A stretch of DNA of 64,000 nt from the sequence record NC_061447.1; one strand, 5' to 3'. Below the pieces are notes generated by a model, which worked only from the letters and a program-made list of their open reading frames with translations, was not told the DNA's origin and did not search any database. Below, piece after piece: positions 38,284 through 45,628 of this stretch. The translations under genes and the position numbers were made by a program. The first letter of the stretch is position 1. Each line of letters begins with the position of its first letter.

Positions 38284-39039
38284 TCAAAGGTCAAACTTGG
38301 CGGTCAGGAAGGTTTGAATCTTAGGTCGTGTACCAGGCACGAGTTGACCGAAGTTGAGTTCTTCGGGCTTAAAGCGGAACAGCTTGCCGTTCTGAATGCA
38401 CTCATACTTGTCCAGCGTCTTCACACCATCAGCCTCAGTCGTATCAGCGATCATGCGCATGTCAGACGAACCGTTGTTTATGGTGTACGAGTATGAGCTG
38501 GCGTTAATACTCAGGCTAGAACCACGCGCATATTTGAATTGCGCAGAGGTGACACTTAGGTAGGTGTTAAAGCTGACCTTACCTACATAAGTCAGACTGT
38601 ACCCTGTGTTGTTTTCATTACGCAGCACAATGGTTGCAGACAAAGAAGGAGACTGCGAACCTGTAGACACAGAACACTTGCCGTATGACCAAGCGCGGTT
38701 TCCTGAACTGTCGCAGATGAATAGAGTATTGTTAGCCGACCAGTTTAAATCGCTATTAGAGTTTCCTCTGGAGCAGCCTTCGCTCACGGTCGTTCCTATG
38801 TGGAACTGATCGTCAGTTGTAGGTATTGCGCTGTATGCCCACTTGAGATTTGAGGCATAGCGCTTACCAGACAGCACACCAGAGACTGTATTGGCTTGAC
38901 CATCAAGGCCGAGCGTAAACAATGATTTATACACGGCGTCTACTGCGGCGCTCGTCTGCAACGATGTGCTCTGATCGAATGCGTAGACCTGAGCACACAA
39001 TGGACTGAATACACCGTAGTTGGAAACATGGTATTGCAT
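38284..39039 (-). CDS. Ser/Thr/Gly-rich probable virion protein, paralog of 43021..43866 (251 aa)
   Basis: MQY.S..G N-terminus and C-terminal PGTRPK shared with 43021..43866. Confidence 0.65.
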   Translation of the reverse strand: MQYHVSNYGVFSPLCAQVYAFDQSTSLQTSAAVDAVYKSLFTLGLDGQANTVSGVLSGKRYASNLKWAYSAIPTTDDQFHIGTTVSEGCSRGNSNSDLNWSANNTLFICDSSGNRAWSYGKCSVSTGSQSPSLSATIVLRNENNTGYSLTYVGKVSFNTYLSVTSAQFKYARGSSLSINASSYSYTINNGSSDMRMIADTTEADGVKTLDKYECIQNGKLFRFKPEELNFGQLVPGTRPKIQTFLTAKFDL

Positions 39040-39042
39040 AGG

Positions 39043-39549
39043 CTACTTCCTATTGAATCGCAGCCAGTCCTTCCACCAGTATGTCACAGGCTTGTTCTGC
39101 CTGAGCGCATAGTCGATACAGTTCTGCGTACCTGATGGAGCACCGCAGCATAATGATATGAGTCGATCGGTTTCATCGACCATGTAGTGGTTGCGTTTGT
39201 TCAACGCAAAACCTGCCTGACCATCCATGTGCAGCCAATCTTCTTTTGATGTGACTATTCTTACTTCGTGACTTTTATTAAGAAGGCCGTCAAGTTCAAA
39301 CACACTGCTAACAGGCCAGCGTGAATTGAATCCAGGATAAGGTATGCAGGAAACAACTTTATGGCCCTGCTCGATTGCAGCCGTAGCAATGGCCATGTCA
39401 AAACCTAGAGCACAACCAACATAGATAATTGCATCATCGTCGATTGTGAGCATTTTACGGTGCGCGAATTTATACAGGCGGTATTTTGCCTTAGGGCTGA
39501 ATCCACCCAGCGATTGCGGGCGATGGCCAGTAAAGGATATCTTTTCCAT
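39043..39549 (-). CDS. SLOG superfamily YspA/DUF1273-like protein (168 aa)
   Basis: ISFTGHRP, VGCALGFDMAIA, IPYPG, KRNHYMVD, SGTQNCIDYA. Confidence 0.8.
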   Translation of the reverse strand: MEKISFTGHRPQSLGGFSPKAKYRLYKFAHRKMLTIDDDAIIYVGCALGFDMAIATAAIEQGHKVVSCIPYPGFNSRWPVSSVFELDGLLNKSHEVRIVTSKEDWLHMDGQAGFALNKRNHYMVDETDRLISLCCGAPSGTQNCIDYALRQNKPVTYWWKDWLRFNRK

Positions 39550-39588
39550 GTTAAATATTTACAGAAGCACGTCCTTGTGCCACAACAG

Positions 39589-39954
39589 TTAGACTGTTAC
39601 TTCAAGCTGGTGGTCGCCTGAGTTCCATACGAGTTCACGAATGTTGCGTGGCATGATGATACAACCACTGGATGCAGTACCTGGTGCTTTGATGCTATCG
39701 CCGTGCATCTGGAAAGCAGAGCGGCCGAACATCACGTTCTCTTTTGCAGGAGTCAGGTCCATTGCGTAAGGTCCTGTCTTCGCACTGGTGCGCGGCGCAT
39801 TCAGCGTGTAGTGACCAACAGGCAGAGGACCCATACCCACTACGTTCTGAGACTCATGTTTGTTTTTGTGCTCGCCTTTACCAGCATAGCCAGTGGCGAC
39901 AAGTTTACCGGCGGAGTTATACAGACGGCCAGTTGTTTGTTCATATTTCCACAT
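39589..39954 (-). CDS. Tlde1/DUF2778-like L,D-transpeptidase-fold protein (121 aa)
   Basis: WKYEQTTGRL, GYAG, GPLPVGHY, FGRSAFQMHGDS...ASSGCI (His...Ser-x-Gly-Cys catalytic pattern); AAGGAG RBS. Confidence 0.8.
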   Translation of the reverse strand: MWKYEQTTGRLYNSAGKLVATGYAGKGEHKNKHESQNVVGMGPLPVGHYTLNAPRTSAKTGPYAMDLTPAKENVMFGRSAFQMHGDSIKAPGTASSGCIIMPRNIRELVWNSGDHQLEVTV

Positions 39955-39993
39955 AGATGCTCCTTACATTGTGATGTGGTTTTCGACAAAAGT

Positions 39994-40026
39994 AAAAATG
40001 GGCCTACACCTTTCGATGCAAGCCCA
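39994..40026 (-). terminator. Intrinsic terminator
   Basis: Minus strand TGGGCTTGCATC-GAAA-GGTGTAGGCCCA-TTTTT with G-U pairs. Confidence 0.75.
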
Positions 40027-40029
40027 AGA

Positions 40030-40539
40030 TCATTCCTTAATCATTTTGACACGCGTGTGATCAAAGATGCCGAAGGTAGGAACATCGTGGTGCTCACCTT
40101 CATTGCCTTTGATTGAGTCGTACCCAGCTAGTTTGAGTATCTTGCTGATCTCGGTATACTCGTCCCACCACATATAGACTCGCTTGTACTGCGAGGCAGG
40201 TATGAGGTTATTCAGCGCGTCTAACCTTTTAACGAGAGTCATCGCCTCATCTTTGCCAACCAGATGCAACTGGAAGGCTTCCATGATAAGTTGCTTCACT
40301 CGTCTATGAATCTCAGCGAACTTTACTTCCGTCCACAGAGAACGGAACTTCAAGGTAGCATAGCGACCAGGGTCCGCATGAAATTTGTAGAGGCGCCCAC
40401 CCTCCGCATACAGTTCAGCATACGCACGATCTGGAGTTACCCAAGTCATGTGCTGCTTCTTCGCATGATCATCAGACCAGTCTTCTGCAAGACCGCGATA
40501 GTAGATGGTGGGCGCACTCAGACTAACAAAGATCTGCAT
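40030..40539 (-). CDS. ADP-ribosyltransferase-like protein with an MQIFVSLS leader (169 aa)
   Basis: YYRG...TWVTPDRAYAELYA..GGRLYKF...AGYDSI...TFGIFDHTRVK follows the ART-fold pattern seen in phage/polyvalent-protein ART domains. Confidence 0.55.
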   Translation of the reverse strand: MQIFVSLSAPTIYYRGLAEDWSDDHAKKQHMTWVTPDRAYAELYAEGGRLYKFHADPGRYATLKFRSLWTEVKFAEIHRRVKQLIMEAFQLHLVGKDEAMTLVKRLDALNNLIPASQYKRVYMWWDEYTEISKILKLAGYDSIKGNEGEHHDVPTFGIFDHTRVKMIKE

Positions 40540-41459
40540 TAGCCTTTACGACGCTTTATTTCATCCATCACGCGCTGGTAAGTATCACCGTTGTATAACG
40601 TACCGGCTTTCTTCCCGTGACCCATATTGGCGCGAGATTGACGTTTGTTAAGTAAAGAACTTTGTGCAAATTTCAGTTCTTCGTTGGTGAGACGGGATAA
40701 GTCGGAATCCGCCTTCTTAACAAAGCGAGTGATGGCTGATTTCACTTTTGGATCAGTGTAGTCGTCAATACGCTTTCCTGGCGCCGCTCCACTAATCCCT
40801 TCAGGCTTTTTTCCAGTAATCGCCTCAGCGCGTTGTTTTTTCACAGCGCGAGCTTTAGCCGGAGTGTGCGCACCAGTGATAGCGCCTTTCATTTTCTTGA
40901 TCGGAGCTTTGGTAGGGGCCTTGCTTCCGAGAGCTTCAAACTTCGAGGCCGCCAGGAATTTAGGTTTGCTGTAGCCCTTCTTCCCTTTGATTACCAGAGA
41001 GTCGGTTTGCGCCGCTTTAACGGTACGTGCAGAGCGGCCAGGCTCGCTAGTCAATGAAATGTCGCTTGCTTTCAGAGGAGAAGACAATGCACTCAGGCCA
41101 GCAGCTTTCATAGCGGCGGTACCTTCACGCAATAGCTGTTTGGCTGTCTTCACGTCAGCGGAGGCTTTAGTTTTCATGGCCTTGACACGCTGGCGCAGTT
41201 TAGCTTTACGCGCAGGGTTTTCCTCACGCGGAACACGCACAGCCGCAATAGTATTTGCTTCAATACGGTTCTTCAACGCAGACAATGCCAGCTTCTGAGC
41301 TTTACGCGCATTGGAGATGCACTTCGATACAGCAGGTTTATGTTCGCTGCTAATAACAAGAGCAGACGCGCCACCGACTTTAGCCATTTTGTAGCCTGGC
41401 TTCTTAGCTGCCGACTCAGACAGCAGAGAATCCGCAATATTGATTTTGATAAGTGCCAT
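40539..41459 (-). CDS. Basic Lys/Ala-rich probable internal head/DNA-binding protein (306 aa)
   Basis: Strong K/A/R bias; N-terminus MALIKINIADSLLSESAA resembles that of 42074..42409. Confidence 0.75.
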   Translation of the reverse strand: MALIKINIADSLLSESAAKKPGYKMAKVGGASALVISSEHKPAVSKCISNARKAQKLALSALKNRIEANTIAAVRVPREENPARKAKLRQRVKAMKTKASADVKTAKQLLREGTAAMKAAGLSALSSPLKASDISLTSEPGRSARTVKAAQTDSLVIKGKKGYSKPKFLAASKFEALGSKAPTKAPIKKMKGAITGAHTPAKARAVKKQRAEAITGKKPEGISGAAPGKRIDDYTDPKVKSAITRFVKKADSDLSRLTNEELKFAQSSLLNKRQSRANMGHGKKAGTLYNGDTYQRVMDEIKRRKG

Positions 41460-41474
41460 TTTGTTTCCTTATGC

Positions 41475-42074
41475 CTAGGGTCGCCCAGGCACATCGAAGT
41501 TCTTACCTGCCGAGTAATCACCCAGCGCCTGGTACAAAGAGTCACGCAGCATACGCTGAATGATATCCGAGTTGTGTGCTGAGGCATCTTTGAATGCAAC
41601 CTCAATCGCTTCTGTTCTTGGATTCAATACAGCGTAACGCAGTGGGCAGATAACCTGCGCATTGCACCATGCGTCGATCTTGATTTGAAGATCTGGCGTG
41701 ATTGGAATGCGGAAGTCAGCGAGCTGGAACACAACGCTCTGAATAGGAGGTGGCGACGAGAGCGACATGAATTTGCCGTTCTTGTTCAAACGCTCCATAG
41801 CGTTGGCTGCTTCATAGATCGTCTGATAACCCTCACTGACTGTCGTGATGTTAGTCAACTTGAAGCTATGCGTTGTCAAGCCTTTGCGAATTAGCTTGGC
41901 GATCTTGAGTTCATAATCACCAGAATCATCGCGCATGAAAGTGACAAACGCGTAGAAGGCGAAACCATCTTCTTCGCGTAAAAGTTTGTGATCTAATACG
42001 CGAAAGCCCACGACACTTTGCAGTGCCTGGGCTGTGATTTGCGTCGCCTGTGATAGGGAGACGTAGATTTCCAT
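41475..42074 (-). CDS. Hypothetical protein with an MEIYVSLS leader (199 aa)
   Basis: Coupled start (TAATG). Confidence 0.75.
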   Translation of the reverse strand: MEIYVSLSQATQITAQALQSVVGFRVLDHKLLREEDGFAFYAFVTFMRDDSGDYELKIAKLIRKGLTTHSFKLTNITTVSEGYQTIYEAANAMERLNKNGKFMSLSSPPPIQSVVFQLADFRIPITPDLQIKIDAWCNAQVICPLRYAVLNPRTEAIEVAFKDASAHNSDIIQRMLRDSLYQALGDYSAGKNFDVPGRP

Positions 42075-42409
42075 TAACGCAGACGGGCCAGTGCCTTTTT
42101 AGCAGCGGCCAGAGTTGGCTGAATGTCGCCTTCATCGTCGAACTCGCCTTCGAAGCGAATGTCGATACCAGATACGTTGAAGCCTTCATCTTCGTCTTTG
42201 GTGATGATGCCGAAACGAGCAGTGTCACCAGTAGCGCTGATGAATCGCAGGTCGAGGATATCGTTAGGACCAGACAGGTCAGACGGCATGCCGTCGTCGA
42301 TAATCTCGAACAGCGCTTTCTTGTCCAGGCCTTTGAAGAACGCAGACAGAGCAGCGGCAGCAGATTCGGACTTAACAGCTTCTTTCAGATTCAGTTTAAT
42401 CAGGGACAT
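42074..42409 (-). CDS. Acidic hypothetical protein with an MSLIKLNL...KSESAA leader (111 aa)
   Basis: GGAG RBS; tiles the operon. Confidence 0.75.
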   Translation of the reverse strand: MSLIKLNLKEAVKSESAAAALSAFFKGLDKKALFEIIDDGMPSDLSGPNDILDLRFISATGDTARFGIITKDEDEGFNVSGIDIRFEGEFDDEGDIQPTLAAAKKALARLR

Positions 42410-42411
42410 GG

Positions 42412-42984
42412 TTAGTTTACTCCAACTTGTTTAGTGATTGTGATAACACGCTGGTACCAACCATAAATGTTATCTTCCTGGGTTTCATCTGCCTTAGCGA
42501 TGTTTTTCAACTTCGCAATACGGCAGCCGTTGTAGGCATAAGCCAATACTTTGATATCGCGCACTTTGCAGTACGCGTCCAGCGCAGCGATAGTCTTAGG
42601 ACCAATATTCGCAGCAGGTGCAAAGTCTGGATAGAGCTTGCCTCGCTGATTCAGAATATTTAACTGGTCCTGTAACTCCGCAATTGCGGCTGGTGGGCCT
42701 GAGTTAACTGCGTAGTCAAATACCCACAGCGCCAGTTCCTGACTGTACTTCGCAAGCTGATCGCATTTGCAGAAGTCCCAGAAGTTAGCACTGTAGATCG
42801 CATACGCAATCTCATACGGCAGATCTTGCATAGCGCCTTTGTAACCATAAGCGCGAGCATTCTTTTCCGTGACACCCCAACGTGTAGGACCGCCACGGTC
42901 AGCAGAACGGTTAGTGTATTTCTCGCCACCTTCACGATCAATAACTTCCGCTATTGCTTTCTTTCGAAACGTCAAAGCGTCCAT
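42412..42984 (-). CDS. Glycoside hydrolase family 108 lysozyme (endolysin) with a C-terminal PG-binding domain (190 aa)
   Basis: VIDREGG.KYTNRSADRGGPTRWGVT (GH108 EGG...DxGGxTxxGxT), FDYAVNSG, GWYQRV. Confidence 0.9.
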   Translation of the reverse strand: MDALTFRKKAIAEVIDREGGEKYTNRSADRGGPTRWGVTEKNARAYGYKGAMQDLPYEIAYAIYSANFWDFCKCDQLAKYSQELALWVFDYAVNSGPPAAIAELQDQLNILNQRGKLYPDFAPAANIGPKTIAALDAYCKVRDIKVLAYAYNGCRIAKLKNIAKADETQEDNIYGWYQRVITITKQVGVN

Positions 42985-43020
42985 AGATATAGCCCTCTTT
43001 TAGACAGGTTAAAATTATCG

Positions 43021-43866
43021 TTAGATGGCTAAGTTCGATTGTTTGAACCGCATCTTAGGACGAGTGCCTGGATCTGACGTGACAGCATCAAAGTCATTCA
43101 CATCGAGCTTGCAGAATGCACGAAGCACAGAGCTATAGAAGAATGCTTTATTCAGGATAGGCGCTTCATCTTCACCTGTCTGATTCTGAGCGAAGACGCC
43201 TGTATATGACGCACCCGCAGAAACACCTGGTGTACCGTTAGCACCAGTAGCATAGAAAGATGTGGGCAAACCCATCATCGTACATGCGTAGGCAGGAGTT
43301 TCATTTGCCGTGACAGTTGTATACGTACAAACACCCGTTGCACCACCAGCGCTACATGTACCAGTTGCAGTTACGCCTGTGTCTCTGACATATCGACTGA
43401 CAATGAATCCTGTGGCAAATTGACCGTACGGACAGTTACCATCATGCAGATTCATCGGAGGCATCTGTATGGGCTGACCAGCAATCATCCCTGTGGTCAG
43501 AAATACTGTCGTGTTGCCTGATGTGTTCAGAAACGAATAGGACTGCGAGGCCGCAATACTACAGTTACCACTAAGACCTTTTGAAGGGTCCTGTTGAACA
43601 ATGTCGTAGGAGTTATCAAGCGCGATTGAACTTGGCTGCTGGTACTTCAAGCAGGTGAAGTGATATTTATTGGACTTACGCCCTCTGATTGGATTGAGAT
43701 ATCCATTGAAGCCTAAAACAGCACGGGCTTTTCGAGCAAGGACGTTTGCCTTGGTCATATCCGTCAGCGTGGAGAAGTCAGAGTCTTCTCGGCTGTCGTA
43801 TAGGAATACGTTCGGGTTCGTGGGTGATGGACCACCCAACCCGAAAAAAGATGATATGTACTGCAT
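43021..43866 (-). CDS. Gly/Thr-rich probable virion protein, paralog of 38284..39039 (281 aa)
   Basis: Start at ATG 43866 (MQYISS) behind GAGGTGG; C-terminal DPGTRPKM; CTAATTTT upstream. Confidence 0.7.
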   Translation of the reverse strand: MQYISSFFGLGGPSPTNPNVFLYDSREDSDFSTLTDMTKANVLARKARAVLGFNGYLNPIRGRKSNKYHFTCLKYQQPSSIALDNSYDIVQQDPSKGLSGNCSIAASQSYSFLNTSGNTTVFLTTGMIAGQPIQMPPMNLHDGNCPYGQFATGFIVSRYVRDTGVTATGTCSAGGATGVCTYTTVTANETPAYACTMMGLPTSFYATGANGTPGVSAGASYTGVFAQNQTGEDEAPILNKAFFYSSVLRAFCKLDVNDFDAVTSDPGTRPKMRFKQSNLAI

Positions 43867-43934
43867 GGTTTCCACCTCAGGTAGATTAAGGATAATGTGC
43901 TACGCCTTAGTCTAAAATTAGCTGCGGAAATGAC

Positions 43935-43954
43935 AAAAGGGGCCGAAGCCCCTT
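43935..43954 (-). terminator. Intrinsic terminator
   Basis: Minus strand AGGGGC-TTCG-GCCCCT-TTTG. Confidence 0.85.
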
Positions 43955-44294
43955 AGAATGTCCAACGTGTCGCCCAAGCGATTAAGCCTGAGATAATGCC
44001 GATGTGTGCCAGATAACCGAACTGCAATACATAACCTTTGACATAGTGTTTCAGGCCACCAGCATACGCACCATCATACATGGCCGCGATTATCATGAAG
44101 GACATGACGTAGGTGAACACATGCCACTTAGTCATCTCCATAGCTTCGTTGCAGAACACTATCAGGAATAGTGCAACGGCCATGATGTACACAGTGCGTT
44201 TCATCTCAGCCATGTTAATGCCTAACACAACAGGACGCATAACGAACGCCGCGAGTATCGACACCAACATTAACGCCTGATAGTCGGCTGACAT
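43953..44294 (-). CDS. Small integral membrane protein with about 4 hydrophobic segments (113 aa)
   Basis: Hydrophobic runs ALMLVSILAAFVMRPVVLGI, VYIMAVALFLIVFC, VFTYVMSFMIIAAMY, LAHIGIISGLIAW. Confidence 0.7.
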   Translation of the reverse strand: MSADYQALMLVSILAAFVMRPVVLGINMAEMKRTVYIMAVALFLIVFCNEAMEMTKWHVFTYVMSFMIIAAMYDGAYAGGLKHYVKGYVLQFGYLAHIGIISGLIAWATRWTF

Positions 44295-44587
44295 GCTTCT
44301 TCCACCTCTTCCGTGCTTATTGGTTTCTTGCGACGCATATCAAGTGCGAGTTGTGCCTTGCGCCCTATGCGAGCCATAGACTCCAGATCTTCATCCGAGT
44401 AAGCACTCATGCTGTCTTTAACAACTGAGAGTTCTCGGATGTGGCTTGGTGTTAGTTCATAATCACCAGCGGAGCCAAACACCGCAGCAGACAGGCCTGG
44501 GATATTTACGTTAGCGATGCTGGGTACGTCATCTCGAACTTGCACCAACAGCGTACCGCTTTTACTTACATCATGAGGGATTGCCAT
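44270..44587 (-). CDS. Hypothetical protein (105 aa)
   Basis: Start moved to MAIPHDVS (44587), immediately after the upstream stop. Confidence 0.65.
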   Translation of the reverse strand: MAIPHDVSKSGTLLVQVRDDVPSIANVNIPGLSAAVFGSAGDYELTPSHIRELSVVKDSMSAYSDEDLESMARIGRKAQLALDMRRKKPISTEEVEEACQPTIRR

Positions 44588-44588
44588 A

Positions 44589-45302
44589 TCACACACCCTG
44601 ATTAGCGAGGTAGGTATCGGTGATGTTTGAGGTCTTCTCCACGTTACCGCGAATGTAACCAATCTCAAACACCTGCACGTTATGTTTGACAACTGCTTCA
44701 CCAACTGTCTCACATGCACCGCTATTCAGATCGAGGAAAGCCTGACACAGACGTTCAGCAACAGGCTTAGCCAGAATCTTCATCAGCGTGTGTTTCTGCA
44801 TAGCAGTCAGTTTGATTGGCAGCGCGTCGATCTCACGCTCGATGTTCTTACGACCACCGTGATAAATCCAACGACAGATGGTTGCAGTCAAAGGCTTCTG
44901 GTGAGTCTTCGAAGGCAACGTATAGATGTAGGTCATCAGTCGATAGAACAGGCTGCCGTCGATTGCGCGTTTCTTCAAATCGTCAAGGTACTTACCGACA
45001 GGACTGAGTTTGCCTTTCTGCGGCTGCATCTCGTCGAGTTTGAGATCGACGTCAAGGCCGTATCGACGTAACGTTTCTGGATGACCGAACACAAACACAA
45101 TGTGGTCAGGCATATCACGAATAGCAACCGCGTTACGGCTATATTCTTTCTCGCCGATAACGAACAGGTACTTACGATATTTCTTGGTAGGGTCTAAGAC
45201 ACCTCCAAGTGGAACGAAGGTCACACGTTCTGCCTGACCTTTCTTTCGCAGCCAGCCCAGCACTTGCTCTGGGCTTTGGCGTGTTACCGCAATTACAGGC
45301 AT
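44589..45302 (-). CDS. Hypothetical protein (237 aa)
   Basis: GGAG RBS; in the SbcC operon. Confidence 0.75.
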   Translation of the reverse strand: MPVIAVTRQSPEQVLGWLRKKGQAERVTFVPLGGVLDPTKKYRKYLFVIGEKEYSRNAVAIRDMPDHIVFVFGHPETLRRYGLDVDLKLDEMQPQKGKLSPVGKYLDDLKKRAIDGSLFYRLMTYIYTLPSKTHQKPLTATICRWIYHGGRKNIEREIDALPIKLTAMQKHTLMKILAKPVAERLCQAFLDLNSGACETVGEAVVKHNVQVFEIGYIRGNVEKTSNITDTYLANQGV

Positions 45303-45304
45303 CG

Positions 45305-45628
45305 TTACTCCACTGTATCTAACGCTTGCGCCGTGTACTCACGCAGAGTACGCTCGATATTCTTGGCCAGAGTAGGGTGACAGATAAGCTGGTGGTCTTT
45401 CATGTACACACGCAGCGATGGTCGCATCACCTTACGCACTTGAGGATAGAGGCCAAACATTTTATGCAGGGGAGTCTTGTAGTAGAACTCCTCCTGCTCG
45501 TCTACGCAATTGATACTGGACACAACCTCATACTTAGCAAAGATATGAGGGTTGCGATTAATATACGCAGGGTCAATAGGCACACTACCTTTTTCATGAT
45601 CGCGATTGACTTGACCGAAGATCATCAC
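45305..45628 (-). CDS. Hypothetical protein (107 aa)
   Basis: Start overlaps the SbcC stop. Confidence 0.65.
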   Translation of the reverse strand: MMIFGQVNRDHEKGSVPIDPAYINRNPHIFAKYEVVSSINCVDEQEEFYYKTPLHKMFGLYPQVRKVMRPSLRVYMKDHQLICHPTLAKNIERTLREYTAQALDTVE

